Origin: Paraspadella gotoi
Lineage: Eukaryota > Animalia > Chaetognatha
Length of the DNA stretch: 64,000 bases
Direction of reading: 5' to 3'
Assembly (NCBI GenBank): GCA_051294375.1
Contig: CM119268.1
Coordinates: 20,130,531 to 20,194,530 of the forward strand
Position 1 is the first letter of the stretch. The number at the start of each line of letters is the position of its first letter. Below the pieces are notes generated by a model. That model did no database searches. It saw nothing but the letters and a program-made list of their open reading frames with translations, and was not told the DNA's origin. This document shows, piece after piece, positions 1 through 11,667 of this stretch. The position numbers and the translations under genes were made by a program.

Positions 1-1811
1 TTGACCAAAAGTCTCAATTCCTCGTTCTACTATATTACATTTTTTAAAGCGAAAAATGTCAAGTATAAAAAGCATTAATAAAAGCACCATTAATAAAGTG
101 TTTAATGCGTAAACAGTCAAGGTTTTATTTTCCTAAAACTTTATAATAAGTATTTAATGCTTAATGTATAACATATACTCAAAGATGTATAATTATAATG
201 TTTTGAAGTAAAGGGTAGAGGGACCACATTACTAAATAAGAAGAAAAATCTATATATAATTTAAATAAAGAAAAGAAAGGAAAAAAAGTTACAATTGTTT
301 ACAATTGAAAATTTTTACAATTTTTTCTAATCATAGCTTGTAAAAGCTTTTTATTTTATTTGTATTAAAATTAAGATATACTCTCATTAAAAAAGTCTTT
401 TGATTTCACATGTTTTTTATTAATTCAAAGATTTGTTTATGAATTTCATTGTCAATATTATTTACTGCAATATGTAAATTAGATTAAAGCATTTCTATAT
501 ACTAATTTGGATATTATAATGAGTACTGTAATCTCATTTGCATATTGCAGTAAATTATAATGAAGTGGAAATTCAAACAAAAAATACTTAAATCCAAATG
601 TAATATTAAAATTTCAGAGCTATTTCAAGATGAGAAGCCATATCTAAATTTTTAACTTGATCGCATACTTTTATAAAACTTCATTGTAATTTATAATAAT
701 TTTTATTTTAAAAAACGGTAAGTCCCAGCCAAAACTATAAAAGCGTAGTAGTGATGACTACGCCGACGTCACAAAGCTCACCCGAATCAATATCGAGCCT
801 GAACCGGCTTCGCCGGAAGGCTCGATAATTAAAGAAAAATCTAAAATTAAAAATTTTACTTTTTGGGAAGTTGTACGGTAAAATAGAAAGGAAAATCTAT
901 GCAATAACACACTCTTTTGAACTGTAATTGTAACTAAAAAAAATCTTAAAGTATAAGGATCTCGCCGAAGAATAGTATTATTGAAAAAGTACTATAATCT
1001 AATTTGCATATTGCAGTAAATCACAATGAAGTTGAAATTCAACCAAAAAATACTTGAATCGATATGAAACAAAGAAAATGGGCACACATATCAACTTCCT
1101 CACTGCCTCACTAATGAAACTTGATAACTAGATACGTTGTTTGGTAGTTAAACCATAAACCGGCAAAAATAGGCAGTAAAAAAATGATCGGCATATAGCA
1201 TACAATCTGGCATATTCAAATTGTTAAAAAAAATTTAATGTTTTTTGATCAACAACATTGGACAGAGCATGAAAAAGATTTCCTCTGACAATAAAATCTG
1301 TATTAAATATGTTATTTATTTTATTATTTATTTCACGCAAGAGATCGTACAGAGAGAGACAGAGAGAAATAGAGAGAGACACTGCAGAGTCTGAACTCGT
1401 TTTTTCAGAAAGAATTTTTTTTGGATTTTGTATTGAAAAAAAAGCGCGGAATAAATGGCGACAATAAAAGTTTTTAGAGGGAAAAAAATAATCAGAATTT
1501 TTCAAAAATTGAACATTCACGCATGAGATCGTACAGAGAGAGAGAGAAACAGAGAGAGACAAAGCTGGACAGTTGCTGGAAGGCCGCTGTACAGTCACTG
1601 CAGAGCCTGAACTCGTTTTTTCAGAAAGAAAAAAAAATATATATGTATAATTTAAAGAAATAAAAAAAGTCAAAAATATGTTATAATTGTTTACAATTCT
1701 AGTTTTTTCCAATCATAGGTTGTAAAAGATTTTATTTTTATTTGTATTAAAATTAAGATATAGCTTTTCATTATCCATGGTATATCCTTTCTTTTCGTTG
1801 TTGTATAGAGA

Positions 1812-1954
1812 TTTACAAGGAAATTTGAATTGTTACAACGATTTTATTATTAATAAGTTGCAGACATGTTTTGACTCAGAGATTTTCGAGTCTTCATCAG
1901 CGCTTTTGACAACTTATTAATAATAAAATCGTTATAACAATTCCAATTTCCTTG
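1812..1954. repeat. Hairpin PLE remnant with mutated hammerhead in the loop
   Basis: Arms acaaggaaatttgaattgttacaacgattttattattaataagttg / caacttattaataataaaatcgttataacaattccaatttccttgt flank gacatgttttgactc..gagtcttcatcagcg. Confidence 0.7.
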
Positions 1955-1955
1955 T

Positions 1956-2545
1956 TAGGGGTAGCCGCACTCAATGGGGTGAGTCAAAAATTTAGAGCGA
2001 GTACATGCTCAAACGAATATTTAGACATTTTTAAGAATACTTTCAATGGACAAAAAATTTCTAATATGGCTCTATACCCTAGTAATTAATTTTTTAATAT
2101 TTATTTATAGATAGGAAAGGCCAAAAATTTTTTTAAAAATGTTTAAATTTTAAGACCAGATTCAGATTGCTCATAAAAAGTTTTCTGTACAAAGTATAAT
2201 TCTTTTTTAAATATTTTTACGATAAGTGTGTCAAAAATAAGAAAAACCATAAAAAATCATCATCATCATCATCTTTCGATTATTTTATTAGTTTTTTTAT
2301 ATTTTCACTTAGAAAACGTAAGAATTTTTAAAAGCTGTAATTATATTTCTTGTTTAACTTTTTATGCTCTATCAGAATCCATCAAAAAATTTAAGATTTT
2401 TCAAAAAAAATTTTTGCTCTATATAGTAATATAATATTTTTAATTAGGCTAGTACCCTCAGAAGAAAGCATTTTTGACAAAAAATGTTTTAATACAGTAA
2501 TCTATGGTCATGATAGATTATTTTAACACTGTATACATTAGCATT
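1956..2545 (+). repeat. Dispersed repeat, second copy at 50232-51146
   Basis: Shared start taggggtagccgcactcaatggggtgagtc and shared body; related copy near 54807-55300. Confidence 0.8.
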
Positions 2546-2922
2546 TAAATTTCATCGGCTATGGCTACTTGTAAAGCTTCTCATTAAAAAGGTTTTTTGA
2601 TTTCCCATGTTTATTATAGATTTAAAATTTTTTTTTTAATTTCATCTTCAATATTATATACTGCAATATGTAAATTAGATTAAAGCATTCTCATCAAACT
2701 GAGAATAGTTTAAATATGTTATTGTGACATTTCTAAACGTTAAACCGTGTTACTTTTTTATTTTAACGTTGAAAATGGGTTTGACTAAATCATAGAATTG
2801 GGGTAGGTTAAAATATTATTTTTTGTTTGTTTTTAAAGTGAAGGCAAAAAACGGGGGTAACTAAGTTTGTTTTCAAACAGTTAACTTTATGATTCTTTCT
2901 TTTTCGTTGTTTATGAATTTAA

Positions 2923-3783
2923 GGGGACCAAGTGAACAGGGGGGGTAAAAAGCTGAACAAACGTTTGACCCTTTCACTTAAGCTGGTTCTGACCATTATA
3001 TTTTTTTTTTCTATAATCATTTGGGAAAGTTGTTAAAAAATCATCGAGCTTAATTTTCTTTAAAAAATCGGTAAGAAGAAAATCTTTTTCAAGTTTAAAT
3101 AATTTTTTTCCAAAAAAGTGTAAGATCTAATTTAAAAAGATTTTCAGCTTTTATCACAAAAATTTATAAGAAAAAAAACTAGGAATGAATCAAAATTTAA
3201 GGTATCGACTGATTTTATTTAAACTTTCTTTACAAATGATTCTGGTAATTGGATGAAAATAAAACTCTTTGAAGTAATATAAATATAAAAAGAAGAGAAA
3301 GATTCTGTACTTTGCTAAATTTTTAATTATTATAATTAGGAATCAATATAATTTAATTATACATTTAAGGGATGAATATGAATATTAATTAATAATTATT
3401 ACAGTTTTGTTTCTGTAAGAATAGAATTTAGGTTTGATTTGTCTGCTTTTAAATAAATATAAAAATATAAAAATATTAGTCTTGTAAAGCCTTTGTTCAA
3501 TGAGGCTTTAACCTAAAATTATAGCTTTGTACAGTAAAAAATAAAAAATTGGAATTTTAGTTAAAAATATTTTCTAATGCAAAAATAAAATAATGGATTA
3601 TATAAATATTTAGGTAGGGTCAACCAAATTTTTTCATAATTATTAAATTTTTGTTTCCGCTACAATAAGAGAAGAATTTTTTTGACACTTTCCCGTGCAA
3701 AGAAAAATTAATGACTATCACCATTCAAATTCCTTTGATGATAGACCGTTAAGCTTATGATATCATTTTTATCACTGGTCCCC
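2923..3783. mobile_element. TTAA-targeting MITE (Kolobok-like)
   Basis: TTAA-GGGGACCA(A)GTGA ... TCACTGGTCCCC-TTAA, inserted into a PLE remnant. Confidence 0.7.
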
Positions 3784-3978
3784 TTAAGGAATAACAGTTT
3801 TTTAAAGTTCAACAACGAATTTTTTATTTCATAGGACATGTTTCGACTCTGTGGTTGAGAGTCTTCATCAGCATCTCAGCATCAGATGCTGATGAAGACT
3901 CTCAACCACAGAGTCAAACATGTCCCTATGAAATAAAAAATTCGTTGTTGAACTTTAAAAAAATCTGTTATTCCTTAA
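3784..3978. repeat. Near-perfect ~95-bp-arm palindrome of a PLE pseudo-LTR end with two inverted hammerhead motifs
   Basis: 3784-3876 is the reverse complement of 3884-3978. The minus-strand motif has an intact core; the plus-strand copy lacks the G of GAAA. Confidence 0.8.
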
Positions 3979-4182
3979 AAACAGTTAACTTAAATATTTT
4001 TTTTATACTTAACAATACTTAATATAAATTGTACAGTAAATTCCATGGATGATGGTTGAATTAATGACTCGTCTTTCGTTCCTAGGAAATGAATCCATCA
4101 GGAGAAATACCTGAAGCTGAGAGATTTAATGAGTAAAAGTTCAGGACTTTAGGGAATCAAATTTCTAAATCAATTAAAGTAT

Positions 4183-4416
4183 TGAAGAGACAGTAATTAT
4201 TGATAAGTGTTAATGACAGAACCGTTCAATATAAGCAGTCCCTGAGCTTCGGATCAGGCTGTAACACCATGTTACAGGCGGGTTAAGCGCCCCGTCCCTC
4301 TTAACTGCTTGGCGGCCACCGGGCTAGAACCCCGGACCTTTGGGTTGGGAGGCGAATGACTTGCTTCCGGCCCCAATGACCGCTGATGAACGGTTGGTGG
4401 ATTTTAGTCCACCAAA
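4183..4416 (-). mobile_element. Solo LTR of the tRNA-LTR TRIM family
   Basis: Single LTR copy flanked by 4-bp TSD GTAT (4179-4182, 4417-4420). Confidence 0.9.
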
Positions 4417-5642
4417 GTATCAAATAATCAGAATTGATAAAGGAAAGGGACAACGGAAAACCAAGTAAACCTGGGTGTCGGGAAGTAAAACAAAAAGCGC
4501 AAAAGAGAAAAGGTGCAAGACGCAACGTCATGTGAAATTTTTGCGCAAAAAATGGGTCTCAGACAGAGTGGAGACTAATTTCAAGATAAGTTGTTGGTGA
4601 TTTCAGAGAATGGGTCAAGTCATTAAGTCATTAAGACACAGCCATAACGAGAACTTAGAAGACGCTTTGTTTGAAGGGTTTGATTTGGTAAGATTTTGGG
4701 TTTTTGTTTTGACTTTTGAGTTTTCGAGTTTTTGTATTTTGAAGCATCAGAAGGGGAGGGGAGGCAATCCTTTGGTTTTAGTACTTGGAGTAATCATTGT
4801 GATTCATGCTCACCTATTTATCTCATTCCACCATCGGGTCTTAACTTGTTATTATTTCAACAAAAAGGTTTCTATGAATTTTGTAGATCCCACTTAAGGG
4901 TAGCAATTGATATTTTCCATTCAATATCTTTGGGTAAGGCTTTCAATTTCTTCCCAGGTTTTCACAACAAATGTAAGTTCATCCTTTGTAAATTTATCTT
5001 TTTAACATGGTTTATGACATGAAAGGGTTCTGATACCCCTTCCTAACTCATCCTTGGTAAGGCCATGATAAATGTTTTAGAAATGAATTCTAGTCAAATT
5101 TTCTAAGCACTGCTCTGTTCTTGCCAACGGATTTGTGTATTTTGTGTATTTTGTTTGCAAAATTTTATTTCTAAACAAGTGGTCACGGATTATATGAGAG
5201 TTGAAGTTGATGTTAGGTCAGCTGGTGTCGAAAATGTCATTGATGTTGGTGTTGAAGTTATTCCTGCTGGCGTTAAAGATGTGGTTGGGGTTGAAGCCTT
5301 GAAGGTGCTGTTGTTGTCGGAGTTGATGTTGATGTTAGAGTTGTTCTTTCTGCTAAAGTTGACATCGTCATAGAATTTAACAAGGAGGGTGATTCAGAGA
5401 TAATTTTCATGGCAGAGGTTTGTACATTCCGTATTGATCTATCTATGAAAAATTTTTGGAAAGATGAATCGTGGAGTGAAGTTTGGTGAAATTGAGGCGG
5501 CTGGCGACTTGAAGTGAGCTGTCTTTGTCAGCCTTTCTTTTGTTTCCTTAAGCTCTATTTTAAGGTCACTCAGTTCTTTTTTCTTTCATGCAGAGCTCAT
5601 CATTTCTTTTGTCAAGTTCTATTTGAAACTGTGAAACTTTTT

Positions 5643-6864
5643 ATCGTCGCAATCGCTAAGCGTTTGCGACGATATTGTAACACTTTTGCGCATAAGTGGC
5701 GTCGGCGTCGTCGTCGTCGTCGGCGTTCCAAATTATAGATCGCCTTTTTTATGATTAAATTTAGGTGTATGAAGCTGAAAATTTATATACAGCTTCTAAT
5801 CATCGATGTGCTTAAAATTGAGTCAGGACAGTTATTAAATATGTTTTGTTTACGTTTTATCAAAACAAACAATTTCTCTCTTTTATTTTCATATTTCTTT
5901 CTCTCTCTTTTTTTCTTTTAATTACATGTCTCTCTCCCTCTCTCTTTTCCCTATTCACTGATTCATAATCATAGGGAAAAAAAACGAGTCTGCAGCTGGC
6001 TCTGCAGGGGCTTATTCTTTTTCTTTATTTTCTCCTGCTGCTTTTGCTGCTGCCTTTTGAGTCTGCAGCTGGCTCTGCAGGGGCTCTCTCTTTTTCTCTC
6101 TTTTCTCCTGCTGCTTCTGCTGCTGCCATTTGATTTCTTCCTTTTCTCTCTCTCTCTCTCTCTCTGTTTTATTTAAAAAAAAATTGAATTGGGATTGAAC
6201 TCGTAAAATTAGGCATCGCATTCATGCATGTTATCATATTGCTATAGTAACATCGGGTTTTTATTTCACTTTAGTCTTTACTTTGTCAGTCTGATTCAAG
6301 TTTCACTTTGTCTTTTGTCTGGGAATGCTGACAGTGTTTAGAGAGGTCGCATTCGATCAAACTGCTCGCTTATGCGTGCTTAAAGTAAAACAATAATGTT
6401 ACTCCAGTCTTAGCACTTGCTAAAAATTAAACTCGAAAATAAGTTATTTTACTGTTTGTTTTTTTTTTTGTTTTTTTTCAGAAACTAACTGTAAATTGAC
6501 AATCGCAAAATAGAATTTTTCTTTCTGTTTATAAATTAATTTCTTTTTTCCCTTTCTATTCTTTCTTTCCTTTCTATTCTTTCTTTCCTTTCTTTCCTTT
6601 CTATTCTTTCTTTTCTTCTTTCCTTTCTATTCTTTCTTTCCTTTCTATTTTCTTTTCTTTCCTTCTATTCTTTCTTTCCTTTCTATTCTTTTTTTTATTC
6701 TTTTTTTCCTTTCTTTCCTTTCTATTCTTTATTTATTCTTTTCTTCTTTTTCTTTCTGTTTATATATTTTTTTTTTCAAAATTGATTTTTTTTAGTATCA
6801 AAATTTGTCGTCAATCCAGATTTTTCTTATGCAATTGCGACGATCCTTATGCTTTTAAGATTTT
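5643..6864 (+). mobile_element. DINE-1/Helentron-like family C
   Basis: 5' ATCGTCGCAA..TTGCGACGAT hairpin, (GTC)n, 3' TTGCGACGATCCTTATGCTTTTAAGATTT; same 3' end at 28651-28682. Confidence 0.75.
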
Positions 6865-8855
6865 TTATTTTCATTTTCCATACGCATTTTCTTAGCTCTT
6901 GCTTTATGTTGCAAAGTTCCAGTTCTTTTTCACTAAGTTCCTTGTTTTTTTTTTGTCGAGTTTCAACTGAATTTTTGAAATTTTATCTTTTTGGCTTTTC
7001 ATTTCTGCTTGTTTTTCTGTCTTGATGTCATTGAGTTCTTGTTCTTTTTTGCAGAGTTCGTTCCTTCCTTTGTCAAGTTTTAACTGAATTTGGGAATTTT
7101 TTTCATTCTGATTTTTCATCCCTGCTAGTTCCTCCTTAGTTTCTTTTAGCTCTTGGGTTATGTCGTAGAGCTTTTGTTTGGTCTCAAGAAGTCCGTCTCC
7201 TCTTTTGTCGTACAAAGATCGAAGTTGTGAATATCTTGTATCCCATTGATCTATTCTGGACTCATACACACCTATTACTTTGTCTAGTAGAACCTCCTCT
7301 AATTTCTTAAACCTGTTGTCTATGTTTGAAATAGATTGGGAAACAACGTCGGTCCAGGGGGCTTCCTCAAAAAATTGAGGGTATTCATCCTCATATTGAA
7401 TGGTATCCATTCTGAGAGAGGGCAAAGAAACCAAGAAGAAATGGGGAGAGGGAGAGAGAGGGAGAAAAGATGTGAGAGAGAGGAAGTGAGAGAGAGAGAG
7501 AGAGAAGAGGGGGGCAAACTCAGCGGCGAGAGTGAGCTCAGTCAGATCTGGTTTTATTTTGTTTCCTAGCGATGCCTATTCACGTGACTACGTGAAGTGT
7601 GCAGCAACAGCGAGGGAGAGAAATTTTGGCCTGGGAGAAAGAGTGAGATAGAGTGAGAAAGAGAAAGAGAAAGAAGGGAGAGGGAGCGAAGCCTGGTAAC
7701 GTGACGACGAGGTCCAGAAAGAATGAGGAGAGAGAGGTGAACGATCTTTTTTTGGGTGAGGAAGTCGAAAATGGGAGGGAGAGAGGGTGAGGATCGAGTT
7801 AGGGGCCCAGAGAGGGGCCAGGGGTGGTGGGAGGGTCGTCGTTTGATCAGGACATGGACAATTGGACATTCCTCCCTGCGCAGCTGTTCTCTCGAGTGAG
7901 GAATGGATGAGGAAAAAGAGGCTTCGAGTAAATGAGAGAAAGAAGAGGCCGGGAAGAAGAGTGAAGAAAAAGGCGCGAGAAAGAGATGCTGAGATCGAGG
8001 ATCGGCTCACGGGTCAAGGAGGGGAGGGTTAGTAAAAGAATGCGCGGTTCGAATCCATCGGTGAGAGAGAGGGGGGGAATCAGTGCGGCAGCAAAGAAAT
8101 TGTGAAAGATGAAAGGCTAAGTAAAGAGAGAGAGAGATCGTAGTTTTTAGGAGGAAAGATCGAAATTGTGCGGTGAAAAAGTAAACAGTAAAAATTGAAA
8201 TGGTGAGTAAAAATAGTCGAAATGGTGCATTAAAATATTGGAAGTATGTGAATTGAGTAGTGCGTTACAATTGTGTAACAATGAGAATACAGATTAAAAT
8301 TGAAATAATGTGTGAGGGAGAATAGTGAAGCAGTTTAAGATTAAATTGGAAAAAAATATAATATAAAGTTGAAATAGGAAGGTAATTAGTGAAATTACGA
8401 AAACAGAGGGCAACATAAGTAAAATTGAGAGATAGTCAATTCCGTATGAAATGGAAATGGTAAGAAAAACCGTGAGGGAGATGGTAAGAAAGTAGGGTAA
8501 AAGAATAAGAAAAATTATTTTGCTAAGAAAGAGATGAAATAACGATTTTTCAATGTCACAGTACAACACTAAATGTCCCGGATTAGCTAAAAAAAAGGGC
8601 GGGTTAGTGATCTTACTGTTTAGTGCGTGAGATGGGCGAGGTTCTTTTTCTTTGTCTTTTCTTTGCCTTTGAGTTGGAGATGCAAATTTTTTTTTTCAAA
8701 CGTTTTTGAAAAGAAAAGTTGTTTGTGAAATATTAGGTAGAATTGAAAGTTTGTTTGTTTTTTTGCGCAAGGAAGATAAGAAAAAAAATTTAGGATGAAA
8801 AAAATTAAAATTAGGAAAGATGAAAGAAAAAAATTAGGGTGAGATAGGTGGGTTG

Positions 8856-8937
8856 GCCGGTTAGCCAGTTAGTCGGTAGAGCAGGGAAACTTAATCCTGG
8901 GGAAGGATAAACCTTGGGGAGAGGCCTGATTGGGCGT
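8856..8937 (+). pseudogene. Degenerate tRNA-Lys(CTT)-like sequence
   Basis: gccggttagc..agtcggtagagcagggaaacttaatcctgggg...ttgggcg resembles the tRNA-Lys 5' half and 3' end; T arm destroyed. Confidence 0.4.
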
Positions 8938-8973
8938 CACTGGGAAGATGGGTATCTAGCTAAAGGTAGGTTC

Positions 8974-9589
8974 TATGGTGGACTAAAATCCATCAACCGT
9001 TCATCAGCGGCCATTGGTGCCGGAGGCAAGTCATTCGCAAGTCATTTGCCTCCCAACCCAAAGGTTTGGGGTTCTAGCCCGGTGGCCGCCTAGCAGTTAA
9101 GAGGGACGGGGCGCTTAACACGCCTGTAACATGGTGTTACAGCCTGATCCGAAGCTCAGGGACTGCTCATATTGAACGGTTCTGTCACTAACACATAACA
9201 ATAATTACTGTCTCTTCATTGGTGAGCCCGACTTCCGAACACAACAGCAACAACAACACTTTCAGGTGACATGCCTCAACCTGGTGACGCACTTTCAACC
9301 AACAACAATTCACTGAAGAGACGCAAAAGACTTCTCCCTACAGGAGGGGGAGATGTATGGTGGACTATAATCCACCAACCATTCATCAGCGGCCATTGGT
9401 GCCAGAGGCAAGTCATTCACCTCCCTACCCAAAGGTCCGGGGTTCTAGCCCGGTGGCCGCCTAGCAGTTAAGAGGGACGGGGCGCTTAACCCGCCTGTAA
9501 CATGGTGTGACAGCCTGATCCGAAGCTCAGGGACTGCTTATATTGAACGGTTCTGTCATTAACATATAATAATTATCACTGTCTCTTCA
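8974..9589 (+). mobile_element. TRIM (miniature LTR retrotransposon) with tRNA-derived LTRs
   Basis: LTRs 8974-9218 and 9356-9589 (TA...CA); PBS TGGTGAGCCCGAC at 9220; PPT AGGAGGGGGAGA at 9342-9353; 4-bp TSD GTTC, confirmed by the empty site in the host-repeat copy at ~33250-33270. Confidence 0.92.
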
Positions 9590-11667
9590 GTTCTAACTAG
9601 TCTCTCATCAGGGAAAAGAGGTAAGGAATATATTCGTAATAGGTAAATAGCTATAACAAAGGGAACAAGGGTACATAAAAGGGAGAGAAGGGAGAGGGAA
9701 GGTTTGCAGACCCCGAGACCGAGAGGAGAGCGTGAGTCCGATCTCCAAGACTCTATCTGTGACTCCGGGGATGAAGAGGAGGGGACGATGAGGGGAGGAG
9801 GAGGCGTTGAGAGGAGGAAGAGAAGACCGGGGGGTGGAGAAAGGCCCTGGCGATAGGGTGAGGCTCTATCTTGGTCTGTTTTATTTACAATGAATGATTC
9901 ATAGCGTCAATGAATGACTATCATCGCATTAATGAATGACTATCATCGTATCAATGAATGATTATCATCGCATCAATGAATGACTATCATCGCATCAATC
10001 ATTTGATTATCATCACATCAGTCATTTCGTTATCATCGCATCAATATTTGGTTATCATCGCATCAATATTTGGTTATCATTGTATCAATATTTGGTTACT
10101 ATCGAAAACAGGCTCGACCCTTATACTTTAAGATTATTTTGCATAATTTATCATAATTCGATGTTCTGATATGATAAAAATTATTTACCGACAAGATTTA
10201 GGGGGTAGACTAAAAAAATAAAGGATGTGGTCATGGGGAAGAACAGCATCTTAAATTCGTTCCAATACTTTACTTAGCTCGAGCTTATTCTAGTGAAGGT
10301 AATCCACACAAGGATGTGACCACTGACCAGTTGTCATTGATTACTGACCTCTGACTACTGATCACTGATCACCACTGACCAGTGAAGATTAGAGCGTAGT
10401 GAAAGTTACATACGAAAATTCTAAATGTCAATTATGAACGACATACCCTCAGTGAACATTAATTTGTAAAAAAATTAGTATTATGTTCTTCAATTTTCGA
10501 AGTAGGCTATATTTAATTTTTAATATTTATTTATATATAGTACTATCCTTATAAAATAGAAAAATTTCAAAATAGACTTTTTTTAATTTTTATTGACATA
10601 AGAAAATAGAAATCATTTTTAAAAATTCTTTCATTAAGTTGGTTAAAAATTTAAAAAATATATTTAATATATAAAATTTTAATTTTCTGCTTTGTGTTAA
10701 TTCCTTTCATTCGTTGTGTTTTGTTTAGTAGAAAAAGTTTGAATTATTTGAGATGGTTGTTTAAAACAACGATTGTTTTTATTGATGAAACATGTACGCT
10801 TCTAAAAGAAATAAAAACAATCGTTGTTGTAAACAAGCATCTCAAATAATTCAAACTTTGGCACTTTTTTATAAAGAAGCCCCCTTGCTGCGGCTCCTCA
10901 AGCAGCGGACTCAAACACACGTACAAAAATCGTATCTTTTCCTACTTACATCGTCGTTTTATGCGTCACTCCTTTTGTCGTCACTCTCTCCGTCGCAACT
11001 GCTTCCTCCATCGTTCAAATTATCGTCGTTTCTGTCGATCCCGATCCTGACGGAGGCTTAATTCTTTCTCTCGCTGAGTCACCCAGCATGCCAGAGTTTT
11101 ATTGTTGCAAAAGTAGCGTCGGGAAAAATGACCCTAATCCCTTACCCTAATCCCAACCCTAACCCTAATCCCAAAAATCTATCCTCTAAACTAACCTTAT
11201 CCCTAACCAAAACCCTAAACCTGGGAAGATGGGTATCTAGCTAAAGGTAGGTACTAACTAGTCTCTCATCAGGGAAAAGAGGTAAGTAGGGTAAGGAATA
11301 TATTGGTAATGAAGAGGAGGGGACGACGAGGGGAGGAGGAGGCGTTGAGAGGGGGAAGAGAAGGCCCGGGGGAGAGAGAGGTTCTGGCGGTAGGGTGAGC
11401 CTCTATCTTGTAAACAATTAATCCATCGTTCAAATTATCGTTCAAATTATCGTCGTCGTATTTGTCGATCCTGACTAAGTCATCCAGCCAGAGAGAGCGA
11501 GAGAGATTCGCTGCTCCGTCATACGGCAAGGGGGCATCGATGTTTGAAAAGGCCGTATAGGGACCTTTTTTCTACAAACAGACTATAGTCTATAATAGCT
11601 AATCTCAGGCTCCGCCGCCTGCCCACCGGCCGTTCTCCCCCACCCATTAAACCAACCACCGCCTCAC

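Noticed and set aside
4380-4416. CTGATGA on the LTR antisense strand as a hammerhead (retrozyme)
   Set aside because: No GAAA box or cleavage triplet in a compatible arrangement.
6904-7434. 176-aa coiled-coil ORF as a host gene
   Set aside because: No recognisable motif or splice structure, and it is truncated by a repeat; possibly a decayed retroelement ORF1 but unsupported.
9389-9460. Functional tRNA-Gly gene
   Set aside because: The anticodon stem does not pair, and the cassette occurs only within LTR copies.
11269-11564. Next STPG2-like exon (PGPG|PYTAFSNID)
   Set aside because: The motif fits, but the acceptor lacks a pyrimidine tract and the frame runs into repeat sequence; left unassigned.
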